Shown: piece after piece, positions 1 through 10,435 of the stretch
How the letters are laid out: every line of letters begins with the position of its first letter
How positions within the stretch are numbered: the stretch's first letter is position 1
DNA from: Calditrichaceae bacterium
Lineage (GTDB): Bacteria > Calditrichota > Calditrichia > Calditrichales > JBFXGD01
Direction of reading: 5' to 3'
DNA length: 64,000 nucleotides
Assembly (NCBI GenBank): GCA_050173015.1
Contig: JBFXLE010000003.1
Location: forward strand, 160,001 to 224,000
Made by a program: the position numbers and the translations under genes
Notes under the pieces: generated by a model
Told to the model about the DNA's origin: nothing
What the model saw: only the letters and a program-made list of their open reading frames with translations
Databases searched by the model: none

Positions 1-654
1 CGAAAACGGTTCAAGAGAAAAATCTTTTCTATATTTGGTGCGGGCAAAATCATTTGCGCTCTTACCGGTAAAGGGTCTGGCAATCACTCTTGCCACAGCA
101 TGATCACCGGTGAGCATATCTCTCGCGATCTGACACAACTCATACAATTTTTCAAGCGGGATAACCGAATCATGTGCCGCTATCTGAAAAACCGAATCGG
201 CGGAAGTGTATACAATCGGCTTACCTGTCTTAATATGTTCTTCGCCAAGCTCCTTGATAATTTCAGTACCTGACGCGGGAAAGTTTCCAAGTATTTCGAG
301 ACCGGTCAAGTTCGTGAATTTATCAATGACGTCTGCTGGAAACCCGTTCGGATAGGTTGGAAACGGCTCATCAAGGATCAATCCCGCCAGCTCCCAATGT
401 CCTGTCGTTGAGTCTTTGCCGGGAGAGATTTCCGCCATTTTCCCGTAATTACCGGTAGCATCCAAATCCGATCGCAGTCCTTTTATTGGAAAAATTTTGC
501 CCAATCCCAGTTTTTCAAGGTTCGGTAATTGTAATCCGCCAACACTGTCGGCAAGGTTGCTTAATGTATTGCTTCCTTCATCGCCATAACTTCCCGCGTC
601 TGGAAGCTCACCGATACCCACCCCGTCAAGAATAATTACAATCGCCCGTTTCAT
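1..654 (-). CDS. deoB: Phosphopentomutase (5' part; runs off the window start)
   Basis: Not in the ORF track; translated by hand. It reads [20 protein letters not shown]... and [16 protein letters not shown] at 654 follows a GGAG RBS. Confidence 0.93.
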   Translation of the reverse strand, partial: MKRAIVIILDGVGIGELPDAGSYGDEGSNTLSNLADSVGGLQLPNLEKLGLGKIFPIKGLRSDLDATGNYGKMAEISPGKDSTTGHWELAGLILDEPFPTYPNGFPADVIDKFTNLTGLEILGNFPASGTEIIKELGEEHIKTGKPIVYTSADSVFQIAAHDSVIPLEKLYELCQIARDMLTGDHAVARVIARPFTGKSANDFARTKYRKDFSLEPFS

Positions 655-824
655 CCATACTCCAGTTGTGTGTCAATTCCGGTCCTGTTCAAATCCCGTT
701 ATATTTATATTGTGGTTATAAAGTTTATTCAAGCCGCCATGATCACAATTATTTAATTTTATAAAAAACATAAAGTTTCAACTATATCTCATAATCTTGA
801 ATACTTGCAACGAGAACAAATATT

Positions 825-1751
825 TTATTTTAAAATATGACTGAATCTGGCTTTAGATTTTGTCCAAATGCCTTGTTTACTATGTACCAGGTCAATAATC
901 TCGGGTAATCTTTTCTCCGCTTCAACTATTCCCTGAGCGATCAGATGATCTATCTGTTCGAAAGCGCTCCAGGTTATATTTCCGATTTTAGGAGAAATAA
1001 CCAGATCAGCTTCTTTCAGGGTCAATTCATTTATTTTACGAGACGCCGCCATATTCGACCGAATGATAATATCAATCACATTGTCGAATCCGTTATCCGC
1101 GTAAGTTGAGAGTGAAACATCCAGTGCAATTACTATGTCGGCCCCTAATTCTCTTGCCGCGTCTATCGGGAAATTGGCGCTGACTGATCCATCGACAAGC
1201 AAATACCCGTTGTATTCAACAGGCGGCAGGAACCCCGGAATAGCTGAACTCGCCTGTATCGCCTTCCTGATTTTGCCCGATTTAAAAACGATATCCTTTC
1301 CGGATTTTAAATCAAGCGCCGCGCAGGCAAAGGGAATTTTTGTATTTTCTATTAATTCATCTGCCACAAGAGCATCTAACGCAATCTCCAGACGCTCCGC
1401 TTTCATCAGACTTACCCGGTGAGCCGCGATATTGATAATCAGCCGTCGTTTAATTTCACGGCTTACCTGATGAAGGATATCTTCAGGTTCATATCCTGGC
1501 TGCTGACGAAAAAAATTATCATCAAGTGAACGAAATTTATCACCTTTTATGAATTTAGCGAACTTTTCTTTAACGAAACTCGCGTCGGGCGTCTGAGCAT
1601 ATGTGGCACCAACGATGGCGCCCATACTCGTTCCTACAATAATATCGATAGGAATTCCACGATCCTGAAGGACTTTTAGGATACCTATGTGTGCCAGCCC
1701 CCTTGCTCCGCCACCACCCAGGACCAGGCCAATTTTTATTTTCCGGCCCAT
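825..1751 (-). CDS. Patatin-like phospholipase (RssA/NTE family)
   Basis: GGGGARG, GTSMG nucleophile and DGS motifs. Confidence 0.9.
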   Translation of the reverse strand: MGRKIKIGLVLGGGGARGLAHIGILKVLQDRGIPIDIIVGTSMGAIVGATYAQTPDASFVKEKFAKFIKGDKFRSLDDNFFRQQPGYEPEDILHQVSREIKRRLIINIAAHRVSLMKAERLEIALDALVADELIENTKIPFACAALDLKSGKDIVFKSGKIRKAIQASSAIPGFLPPVEYNGYLLVDGSVSANFPIDAARELGADIVIALDVSLSTYADNGFDNVIDIIIRSNMAASRKINELTLKEADLVISPKIGNITWSAFEQIDHLIAQGIVEAEKRLPEIIDLVHSKQGIWTKSKARFSHILK

Positions 1752-2089
1752 AAAAACAATCTCATTCCGTAATAATATTACCAGGCTTAATCATTCAGTG
1801 AACAATGTCGTAATTCTGTAAAATTTAGCAAACAAAGTTAATAAAATTATATTCTTTTTTCTACTTTTCTTTGATGAAAAAGAAGTATTGCAATATTTTA
1901 TCCCGACTTTTTGTTATTTTATTCAAATTGAACGCAAGTCGCGCAATTTATAAATACTCTCTTTTGCCTGAATTTGGCTCTCCGGATCCCCTGATTACCC
2001 TGAACTCATTTTCATCAAATATGGTAATCTTTTAATCGTTATAATTATCGTTCAGACAATATACCATCAGGAAAGAACAAATTCATACA

Positions 2090-2992
2090 TTATAGTTTTT
2101 TTTCAAATTTTATAAATCTTCGATCCACTTTTGCCTGGACATGGGATTCATAAAATGATGTTTCCGTGACATCCGGAATCACGGCCTGATTCATCTCCCA
2201 CTCTTTCATATCCTGTAAGCATCGTTTTAAAAGCACCACATCTAAATCAATGCCCCGCATTTCCGGGATCACTCCCGCGGGCCCAAACCATCCGCTGCCG
2301 AAATTATTGGTATTATGAGCGGCAAATCCTGTAATTGCGTTCCCCTTTCGCGCAATATGCATGCTGACCGGGTAGGAAAAATAAACTCTTTCGCCCTCAT
2401 TCATCCATTCTTTAAAATATTTCGCAAGAAAACCCATAATTTGATCACGCTGTTCGTAAGTGACTCTGCTAAAAAAGAAATTTAGTTTATTAAAATCCTG
2501 CTCTTCCGAGGATGTATCAAAATCCCGCTCCTTTAGAGGAACAACCAAATTCATTGATTCCGCAATCGTCCTAAATCCGAGACTCCTGGCAAAATCCATC
2601 GCTTCAGTGTAGCGGGAATCTATTCCGGGTAAATAATAATTGTCGGGAATAGTTGCAATTTTTACACTTTTCGCGCCGGAATTTATAAATTCTGCTTCCA
2701 GTGTCTGATAGAGTTGTCTGGCAATCCCTTTATGCCGGTGTGTATCAGAAACCGCGAATAATTTCAGAAACGCGATTCTCTCACCTTCGGTTTCTCTGAT
2801 CAGGCCCTGCATGAATCCCGCGAGTGAATCACCTTCCCAACAGGTAAGAACCAGCGCCGGATCAAAATCCGGGTCTTCGAGTATTTTTTCCCGGAGAAGC
2901 GGTTCGGAAAAGGTATCAAAGTTTAGATTTTCTAACAGTAGTTTTTGGATAGAGTTAATATATTCTTCTTTAAATATCCTGATCTCACGCAT
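2090..2992 (-). CDS. Tandem GNAT-family N-acetyltransferase
   Basis: Two acetyl-CoA motifs: VSDTHRHKGIA and a degenerate VIPEMRGIDL. Confidence 0.8.
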   Translation of the reverse strand: MREIRIFKEEYINSIQKLLLENLNFDTFSEPLLREKILEDPDFDPALVLTCWEGDSLAGFMQGLIRETEGERIAFLKLFAVSDTHRHKGIARQLYQTLEAEFINSGAKSVKIATIPDNYYLPGIDSRYTEAMDFARSLGFRTIAESMNLVVPLKERDFDTSSEEQDFNKLNFFFSRVTYEQRDQIMGFLAKYFKEWMNEGERVYFSYPVSMHIARKGNAITGFAAHNTNNFGSGWFGPAGVIPEMRGIDLDVVLLKRCLQDMKEWEMNQAVIPDVTETSFYESHVQAKVDRRFIKFEKKL

Positions 2993-3024
2993 TACTTACC
3001 TCGTAATCTATGTACGCAAGACGG

Positions 3025-3053
3025 AATATACGAAGCGATCAAATGACGTTCAA
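3025..3053 (-). promoter_or_regulatory. Sigma70-type promoter for the GNAT gene
   Basis: TTGAAC-17 nt-TATATT about 30 nt upstream of the ATG. Confidence 0.55.
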
Positions 3054-3121
3054 AGAAAAATAATCGACGGGAATGGTGTCCGGCACATCTTTAAAATTGT
3101 CATAATCTTAAAATTCATTTT

Positions 3122-3667
3122 TCACTGACGGAAAAACTTTTGGGAATAATATCTGTCAAAAAACATATAAAACACCAAAACAATAATTGAAAAAAGAAAG
3201 ATAAAAACCGGAGCGCCGGCGGATAAATTCCTAATCGATTCAGGGATTACAATTTTAGGAAGCCGGTCTTTGAGCAGACTGATGCCATCAATTTTTTTGC
3301 CAATGGTTTCGTTTAAATGATATAAATCGGATTCCCGGTCTGTGAATAACGAAGGTGACTGACCGGAAAAGGCAATGGAGATTGCAATAACGGCAAGAAG
3401 TAAAAGCGAGACATAAGTGATCCAGTCCCGTTTTGTGACGCTTTTGCGGGACGCCTCTAAAATTCTTGATTCAACGCCCTGAAAGAGGTTTTTATTAACC
3501 GGAACCGGGCGTATTTTTTTTAGCATCTGATGCACTCCGACAGACTGCCCAATCATCTCCTGACAGGACGCACACCCTTCAATATGCAGCATTCTGTCAG
3601 ATCCCAATGAATCCCGGCCTTCCAGAAGATATATTTCTAACTCAGATCCGGATATATGCCTGTTCAA
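3122..3667 (-). CDS. Zinc-binding membrane anti-sigma factor (ZAS type)
   Basis: HxxxCxxC motif (HIEGCASC), two hydrophobic segments, 4-nt overlap with the ECF sigma gene. Confidence 0.8.
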   Translation of the reverse strand: MNRHISGSELEIYLLEGRDSLGSDRMLHIEGCASCQEMIGQSVGVHQMLKKIRPVPVNKNLFQGVESRILEASRKSVTKRDWITYVSLLLLAVIAISIAFSGQSPSLFTDRESDLYHLNETIGKKIDGISLLKDRLPKIVIPESIRNLSAGAPVFIFLFSIIVLVFYMFFDRYYSQKFFRQ

Positions 3668-4272
3668 ATTAGCTCCTCTTTGGAAAAATTACTTAAGAGT
3701 ATTTCCCGCATCCGATTCCGCCCCCGGAAAAGATGCGTTTTTATGGTATTTTGAGGGGTCTCCAATACCCCGGCAATTTCAGAGACACTAAACTCATTAA
3801 GATAATACATCGAAACCACCAAACCCTGTAAAGAAGGTAAACGGTCAATGGCAGCCCACAAAATTGTTTGTAAATTGCGATTATCAAGATCGGGTTCAAT
3901 TTGACCGGCGTCCTGGGTAGTCCAGAGCGTCATCAACTCTGTACTATCCTCCTTATGGTCACCGTGAGAAAAATAATTTTTTCTAATATCACCTGCCGTC
4001 TGCACCACCTGCTTTTTCCGGAGATAATTCAGACAACTGTTATATACAATTTTATACAGCCAGGTCGTAAATTTACCTCGGCCTTCGTACGTTTGAATGT
4101 TATAATATGCTTTTACAAAAACATCCTGCGTCAACTCTTCGGCGACTTCTTTTTTGCGTACCATTTGCATGGCGATGGTGAAGACATAGTCCTGATGCAT
4201 TTGCATGAGAGACTTTAACGCCTTCATATCACCCTTTTTAAGCTGATCGATTAACTCTGTTTCTGTCATCAC
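3664..4272 (-). CDS. ECF RNA polymerase sigma factor
   Basis: Region 2 AEELTQDVF...FTTWLYKI; region 4 SVSEIA...TIKTHLFRGR. Confidence 0.95.
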   Translation of the reverse strand: MMTETELIDQLKKGDMKALKSLMQMHQDYVFTIAMQMVRKKEVAEELTQDVFVKAYYNIQTYEGRGKFTTWLYKIVYNSCLNYLRKKQVVQTAGDIRKNYFSHGDHKEDSTELMTLWTTQDAGQIEPDLDNRNLQTILWAAIDRLPSLQGLVVSMYYLNEFSVSEIAGVLETPQNTIKTHLFRGRNRMREILLSNFSKEELI

Positions 4273-4280
4273 ACCTACTT

Positions 4281-4308
4281 AGACAGGTTAAAGATTAAAA
4301 GGGTTTCA
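4281..4308 (-). promoter_or_regulatory. ECF-type promoter upstream of the sigma gene (probably autoregulatory)
   Basis: TGAAAC-17 nt-TGTCT; same layout as the divergent copy at 4325-4352. Confidence 0.7.
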
Positions 4309-4324
4309 AAAAAAACAATAAAAT

Positions 4325-4352
4325 TGAAACCATTCCGCGTAATCTCCTGTCT
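4325..4352 (+). promoter_or_regulatory. ECF-type promoter for the divergent membrane-protein gene
   Basis: TGAAAC-17 nt-TGTCT upstream of the GGAGG RBS of 4383. Confidence 0.7.
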
Positions 4353-4382
4353 TATAGTACAAAACCAAACAGGAGGAAATCA

Positions 4383-4730
4383 ATGCTAGCGGAAATATTA
4401 ATCCCAATCACTTTTTTCATCGCGGTTTCTATAGTCATTTATCAATACTTTCATGGCCGGCATCTTGAAAAAATGAAAATAATTGAAAAAGGAGTAGGAG
4501 GAGATGAGCTAAAGCATCTCCTTGGTCACTACAAAAAAAGCGCGAACAATTTAAATCTTGTAAAATTCGGAATCATTTTAATTGGTATCGGATTAGCCAT
4601 ACTGATTGGGAATTTTATGCCTGAAGATTCGAATGAACAAGTCACATTAAGCCTTATATTTCTATTCCCCGGGATAGGTCTGCTGATTTTTTATCATTTT
4701 TTCCAGAAAAACCAGAAAGATGTCCAATAG
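4383..4730 (+). CDS. Small 3-TM membrane protein (DUF6249-like), ECF-associated
   Basis: Strong RBS, three hydrophobic helices, RHLEKMKIIEKG motif, divergent from the ECF sigma. Confidence 0.7.
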   Translation: MLAEILIPITFFIAVSIVIYQYFHGRHLEKMKIIEKGVGGDELKHLLGHYKKSANNLNLVKFGIILIGIGLAILIGNFMPEDSNEQVTLSLIFLFPGIGLLIFYHFFQKNQKDVQ

Positions 4731-4741
4731 TATCACCCGAC

Positions 4742-4770
4742 ACAGCCGGTCCTGTCATCTGACCGGCTGT
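4742..4770. terminator. Hairpin between convergent genes
   Basis: Perfect 10-bp stem ACAGCCGGTC/GACCGGCTGT. Confidence 0.6.
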
Positions 4771-4787
4771 TCATCTTAAAAATCCGA

Positions 4788-6938
4788 TCAATTAGTGATC
4801 AGTTTTTTTAACTCTTCTGTTGAAAAAACCGGCAGGCTGCATGTGTAATTTTGACAAACATACGCTGTTACTTTTCCATTGATGGGTTCTTTGCCCTGAA
4901 GCAGTGAATTTGTCATCACGGAATGTCCCTTACCGGGAGTGATGATCATCAGCACTTTATTGGGAACGTATGATTGATTGATTACATCCAGGTAGGGACC
5001 AATTTCCATCTCCTGAGGCCGCGCGATCAATATTTCCTTCGGTTTCTTAATATAAAAATCAAGCGCGTTTAAATAGCTTGCGTAACCATAGGGATTTACC
5101 GGAAACTCTCCTCCGTATTTCTTAAATATGTTCTCACATATTTTCATCAGATCATTATCTTCAGTGAGAGAAAATATCCTCAGATTATTTAACAGCATAA
5201 TCCCGGTTCCGGAAGGAATCGACTGATCGGTTTCATCCTTTAGTCTCTTGAAAAGTTCTTCCTGCTCATTTGATGTGTAATAATATCCTCCGTTTTCCGG
5301 ATCCAGAAAATTCTTGTTTACATACTGGGTTAACTCAAAAGCCCATTTTAAATAATCATCATTAAAAAGAGCCTCATATGCATCGAGGAGTCCCCTGATC
5401 AGATTGGCGTAATCATCAAGATAACCACTGTATTTCGCTATGCCATTTTTATATGTCCGCAGCAAGCGCTTGTTTTTATATAATTTTTTTTTCATAAAAT
5501 CGATGTTTTTTTCGATGATTATTCGGTATGAGTCCTTTCTTTCTGTCTGATAGGCCCGCGCGTACGCCGATAACATCAATCCATTCCATGAGGTAAGGAT
5601 TTTATCGTCTAATGCAGGTCTGACGCGATTTTCACGATCGTTTAAAAGGACTATTTTTCCTTCGGCAATAATATTCTTTATTTCATCCGCGGTCTTCTTG
5701 TATTTTTTTCCCAGAGTATCAATATCACCCGAAATATGCAAAATATTGGTCCCTTCAAAATTACCTTTTTCTGTAACACTATAAAAAGAGCAGAAGATTT
5801 CACCATTTTCATTTCCGAGCGACTTCAGGACCTCATCCTTTGTCCATACATAGAATTTTCCCTCTACACCTTCGCTGTCAGCATCCAGACTGCTGTAAAA
5901 TCCGCCGTCATCAGCATAAAGTTCTCTGGAGACGAACTCGAGGACATTAAACGCCACATTCTTATAAAAATCATCACCCGTAAGCAGATATGTATCCAAA
6001 TAGAGAGGCGCCAGCTGCGCGTTATCATAAAGCATTTTTTCAAAATGCGGAACAAGCCAGCGCTCATCAACCGAATATCGGGCAAATCCTCCGCCGATCT
6101 GATCATAAATTCCGCCGTTTGCCATATTCCTAAGCGTAAATGTCACCATATCTAGATAATCTTTATCCCGGTCAGTTTTATATTTTCTCAAGAAAAGATT
6201 TAAAGCCTGAACGGCCGGAAATTTTGGGGCATGACCGATACCGCCGAAATTCGGCTCATAATATTGTTTCAACCCATTTAGAGCCTGATCAAACACTTCA
6301 GGTCCCGGAAGTTCGTCCCCCTGAACTTCTTTCATGGAATGATCAAACGCATCATGCACCTGTTGTATGCTCTTGTCAAGTTTATCTTTTTCATTGTGAT
6401 AAAACTCAGCCACCGACTTTATCAATCTTTTAAATCCCGGTCTGCCATATCGGTCGTCCGGCGGAAAATAGGTGCCTCCGTAAAATGGTTTCTGTTCGGG
6501 TGTCAAAAAAACACTCATCGGCCAGCCGCCACTGCCTGTATACATTTGTACATATGCCATGTAAATCTGATCAATATCCGGCCTTTCCTCACGGTCAACT
6601 TTAATATTTATGAATAATTCATTCATAATCTTTGCGGTCCCTTCATCTTCAAAAGATTCCCTTTCCATCACATGACACCAGTGACAGGCCGCGTAACCGA
6701 TACTCAGGAAAATTGGTTTGTCCTTTTCCTTCGCCAGTCTCAGTGCTTCCTCCCCCCAGGGATACCAGTTTACCGGGTTGTGCGCGTGTTGTAAAAGGTA
6801 TGGGCTTGTTTCGTTGATTAACTGGTTTGTAAATTGATGCATTGGAGTACCCTCAGATTTATTTTTATCCGGACCACAGGCTATGATTAATAGAATAATC
6901 GGCAACATATGATTCAACAACTTGTTCATATCCACCAT
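4788..6938 (-). CDS. YyaL/DUF255 thioredoxin-domain protein with a six-hairpin glycosidase-like domain
   Basis: [36 protein letters not shown] motifs. Confidence 0.92.
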   Translation of the reverse strand: MVDMNKLLNHMLPIILLIIACGPDKNKSEGTPMHQFTNQLINETSPYLLQHAHNPVNWYPWGEEALRLAKEKDKPIFLSIGYAACHWCHVMERESFEDEGTAKIMNELFINIKVDREERPDIDQIYMAYVQMYTGSGGWPMSVFLTPEQKPFYGGTYFPPDDRYGRPGFKRLIKSVAEFYHNEKDKLDKSIQQVHDAFDHSMKEVQGDELPGPEVFDQALNGLKQYYEPNFGGIGHAPKFPAVQALNLFLRKYKTDRDKDYLDMVTFTLRNMANGGIYDQIGGGFARYSVDERWLVPHFEKMLYDNAQLAPLYLDTYLLTGDDFYKNVAFNVLEFVSRELYADDGGFYSSLDADSEGVEGKFYVWTKDEVLKSLGNENGEIFCSFYSVTEKGNFEGTNILHISGDIDTLGKKYKKTADEIKNIIAEGKIVLLNDRENRVRPALDDKILTSWNGLMLSAYARAYQTERKDSYRIIIEKNIDFMKKKLYKNKRLLRTYKNGIAKYSGYLDDYANLIRGLLDAYEALFNDDYLKWAFELTQYVNKNFLDPENGGYYYTSNEQEELFKRLKDETDQSIPSGTGIMLLNNLRIFSLTEDNDLMKICENIFKKYGGEFPVNPYGYASYLNALDFYIKKPKEILIARPQEMEIGPYLDVINQSYVPNKVLMIITPGKGHSVMTNSLLQGKEPINGKVTAYVCQNYTCSLPVFSTEELKKLITN

Positions 6939-7116
6939 TTTGTTATTTATTGATTAATACGCAATACTTGAGGCGGGTATTTCCATAAACATATCGTCAA
7001 ACGAGGTAATAAAGATAGAGGAATGAAATCCTGATTTTTTTTCAGGAATAATCATTCCCCGCTAAAATATTACTGTGAAGTAACTTTAAAAAATGGGTGT
7101 AGTAACACCGACAGAA

Positions 7117-7833
7117 CTACAAATCTTCTTTGGGATTCCAATGTTTCCAGACCTGCCCGACAAGATCAGGACCTGGTTTAAGCGTTTTTTTACCCGGCTG
7201 CCACCCTGCGGGACAAACTTCGGCCCCTTTTGTATTCCTGACATGCTGAAATGCCTGGATCTGCCGGATGGTTTCCCTGATATCACGGCCAACCGGAGGA
7301 GTCATCACTTCCATAGCCTGAATAACTCCGTCGGGATCTATGATGAAACGTCCCCGGAGTTCGACTCCGGCAGATTCATCATAAACTCCGTAAACTTTCC
7401 CGAGATTACCCGGTCCGTCCGATACCATATGAAACGGGATATCGTGACCAACCATCTTTGAGAGCTCCTGATCATTCCACGTTTTATGTACAAAAATACT
7501 ATCCACGCTTACTGAAATAACTTCCACTCCCAATTTTTGTAAATCCACATATTTTTCAGCGACCGCTGAAACTTCAGTCGCTCAGACAAAGGTAAAATCC
7601 CCGGGGTAAAAACAAAGTACAACCCAGCGCCCGAGAAGATTTGAAAGTTTAATTTCAGTAAATTTTCCCTTAAAATACGCCGGTGCCTCAAAATCCGGCG
7701 CGAGGGAACCAACTTTTGCTGTTATCATAGAATTCTCCTTCTGTTCATAACGGTTGTCTGTCGACTCCTTGTTCTCCGGTGCACCGACCACAGTTCCTAT
7801 AGGCCGGGCACAACCAATTTTGCTTTCGGCCAT
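7117..7833 (-). CDS. prxU: Selenocysteine-containing peroxiredoxin (AhpC/PrxU type)
   Basis: ORFs 7582-7833 and 7117-7548 share a frame and are joined by TGA (7582-7584) at the peroxidatic position: [13 protein letters not shown]. Resolving VCPAGW is intact. Alternative start at 7728. Confidence 0.9.
7554..7571 (-). promoter_or_regulatory. Bacterial SECIS-like hairpin
   Basis: UUUCAGC-GGUC-GCUGAAA stem-loop beginning 10 nt after the UGA, with G-rich loop. Confidence 0.7.
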
Positions 7834-8063
7834 ATTTAATCTCCTTTAATAATTAATACTACCTACACCCGCTTTAATGTAATCAGATAAACCGGGTATC
7901 GAAAGAGATATTTAATTTCCTGATTCAGCCCTTTACATCTAATTGTTGGATGGCGTTTTTAATTTTGGAATTTGAGACCCTCAGGTTTAAATTAGGCTAA
8001 ACTATTGATTAGGCAGCATCATCTTAATATAAGTCACACTATCAGGATAAAGATAAATCCGCT

Positions 8064-9230
8064 ATGGGAATTGTTTCGCTGATCGTAATACTGCTATTAT
8101 TGCTTTTGACCTATCTCGCCGGATTAGCCATTCTAAGCAACGGTTTAAATCAACTCGGGATAAAAGAAAGAACGGATAGAAAACCTCGGGTAAGTGTTAT
8201 CATCTCAGCAAGGAATGAAGAGACGAATCTTTCTGATGGACTAAAATATCTTTCTATGCAGTCATATCCAAAAGACTTGATTGAGTTTATTATCGTAAAC
8301 GACCGCTCGACGGACAAAACGGAAGAGATCATTAACAGATACCGCGCTGATGATCCCCGGTTCAGACTAATTACGATTAAAGACCGGATTCCCGGATTCG
8401 CGCCAAAAAAGAGAGCCATTGACACAGCCATAAAATCCGCAAAAGGAGAAATTATTCTGCTGACCGATGCGGATGGCCGACCCGGTTCAAGATGGGTAGA
8501 GACGATGATCTCCTACTTTACCGATGATACCGATATGGTTCTTGGCTACGCGCCGTACACATCTTCAGACTCAGGTTCGTCCACTCAAAAAATGCTCGCG
8601 ATCGAATATCTGTCCCATGCCGTAATTGCCGCGTCAACCACAGGGTTAGGCTATCCAGTAACATGTGTTGGAACAAATATGGCATATCGAAAAGAATTAT
8701 ATAATGATATCGGCGGATTTGGGGAATTTGAACCGTATATCTCAGGAGATGATGATCTTTTCCTGACACGGGTCAGAGAAGCCGGAAAATATAGAGTCCG
8801 TTACGCGCCCGGTAAAACAGCTCATGTTTACAATGATCCACCTAAAACGTGGAGTTCATTCTTTCATCAGCGGATGCGTTACGCCAGCAAGGGATTTGAT
8901 TATCCCATTAAGGTCACTCTCGGCTTGATCACTCTCTTCACCTTTAATTTGATGATTTTTACAGGTATTATATCATATTTTTTAAGTCCGCTGTTTTTTA
9001 AAACCGCTCTTGTCGTGTATGTGGTAAAAACTCTTTCAGAGTTTCTGTTTATGAAAAAAGCCGCGCGCGTATTGAACGACATGCGCAATCTTGATGTTTT
9101 TTTCCTTGCCGCGCTGTTGCATATCCCTTACGTCATTTTCTTTGGGATTGCCGGGCAGTTTAAACAATTTAGATGGGCCGAAGCGGGTGTGGAAAACGCG
9201 CTGCAAACCGATTCCACACAAAGCGCCTGA
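8064..9230 (+). CDS. Family 2 glycosyltransferase, membrane-bound
   Basis: ARNEE, NDRSTD, TDAD, GDDD, QRMRY motifs; TM helices. Confidence 0.9.
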   Translation: MGIVSLIVILLLLLLTYLAGLAILSNGLNQLGIKERTDRKPRVSVIISARNEETNLSDGLKYLSMQSYPKDLIEFIIVNDRSTDKTEEIINRYRADDPRFRLITIKDRIPGFAPKKRAIDTAIKSAKGEIILLTDADGRPGSRWVETMISYFTDDTDMVLGYAPYTSSDSGSSTQKMLAIEYLSHAVIAASTTGLGYPVTCVGTNMAYRKELYNDIGGFGEFEPYISGDDDLFLTRVREAGKYRVRYAPGKTAHVYNDPPKTWSSFFHQRMRYASKGFDYPIKVTLGLITLFTFNLMIFTGIISYFLSPLFFKTALVVYVVKTLSEFLFMKKAARVLNDMRNLDVFFLAALLHIPYVIFFGIAGQFKQFRWAEAGVENALQTDSTQSA

Positions 9231-9264
9231 ATCCTGTCATTAAAATTTCAAAACTTACCGTAGA

Positions 9265-10401
9265 ATGATGGATGCAAATTTGATAACAGAGTTATGCCTG
9301 GTTTTAGGGATCACTTATTTTTTCACCGCGCTTTACCTGATGAGTCAAAAATCTCCGGAAAAAACTGAACAAAGTAATCTTCCTGAGATTTCGGTTCTGG
9401 TAGCGATGAGAGATGAAGAAAAGAACATTTCCTCTTGCCTTCAGTCACTTGCCGGACAAAACTACCCCACTCATCTTTTCAGGGTAATCATAATCGACGA
9501 CCGTTCAGCGGACAATTCGGCCGCGATTGCCGAAGAGTTTGTCAAAAGCAATGAGAATTTTCAGTTGATCCATATCCGGGAAGATTTGCATGGATTATAT
9601 GGGAAGATGAATGCTCTTTCCCAGGCATTGGAGCAAGTTGATTCCGAAATTGTTCTAATTACGGATGCCGATTGTATCGTACCTAAGTCATGGATAAGGA
9701 CCTACGCTTCATATTTTAATCCAAATACCGGGATGACCGGCGGATTAACAACCCTGGTTCCTCTGGAATTTATGAGTATACAAGAGGATTCTGTGCCTCT
9801 GTTCGCTAAAATTCAGGCCATAGACTGGCTATTTTTGCAATCCATTGCCTCGGGTACGAGCAATGCCGGAAAACCTGTGACAATTTTAGGAAACAATTTT
9901 GGATTCAGAATGGCGGCATATCACGAGACCGGCGGATTCAAAAAACTGGGATTTTCTATCACAGAAGATTTCGCGCTGATGAAGGCAATTGAAAAAACAG
10001 GTAACTGGAAAATAAAGCATACACAGGATATCGATAATACCGTATTCAGTTCACCAGTTAAAACACTAAAGGATTTTTATCATCAAAGACAGAGATGGAT
10101 CTCCGGTGGAAAGTCTTCCCGGCCCTGGGGATATTTCCTGATGGCGCAATCGTTGCTGGCTCATATCTCTATAATTCTTGTATTTTCATTTTCACAATGG
10201 AATGCCGGCGCAGGGGCGGGAATAGGGCTTATTTTAGGGATTGATTATTTATTGATAAAACAGCAGACAAGACGATTGAATATTAAATATCTAAACCGAT
10301 ATTTTATCCACTTTGAGATATTTTATATTTTGTACACTGTTATATTTGGAGTACTTTTTTTTCTTCCCACAAAAATTATCTGGAAGAATCGTACCTATTA
10401 A
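9265..10401 (+). CDS. Family 2 glycosyltransferase, membrane-bound
   Basis: DDRSAD, TDADC, TEDF, QRQRW motifs. Confidence 0.9.
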   Translation: MMDANLITELCLVLGITYFFTALYLMSQKSPEKTEQSNLPEISVLVAMRDEEKNISSCLQSLAGQNYPTHLFRVIIIDDRSADNSAAIAEEFVKSNENFQLIHIREDLHGLYGKMNALSQALEQVDSEIVLITDADCIVPKSWIRTYASYFNPNTGMTGGLTTLVPLEFMSIQEDSVPLFAKIQAIDWLFLQSIASGTSNAGKPVTILGNNFGFRMAAYHETGGFKKLGFSITEDFALMKAIEKTGNWKIKHTQDIDNTVFSSPVKTLKDFYHQRQRWISGGKSSRPWGYFLMAQSLLAHISIILVFSFSQWNAGAGAGIGLILGIDYLLIKQQTRRLNIKYLNRYFIHFEIFYILYTVIFGVLFFLPTKIIWKNRTY

Positions 10402-10404
10402 AAT

Positions 10405-10435
10405 AAAAAAAAGGAGCGTGACGCTCCTTTTTTTT
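10405..10435. terminator. Bidirectional intrinsic terminator
   Basis: A8-GGAGCG-TGA-CGCTCC-T8 between convergent genes. Confidence 0.85.

Noticed and set aside
7117-7833. Peroxiredoxin as a pseudogene or two separate genes
   Set aside because: The only stop falls on the catalytic Cys codon, the frame is preserved and a SECIS-like hairpin follows, so Sec recoding fits better.
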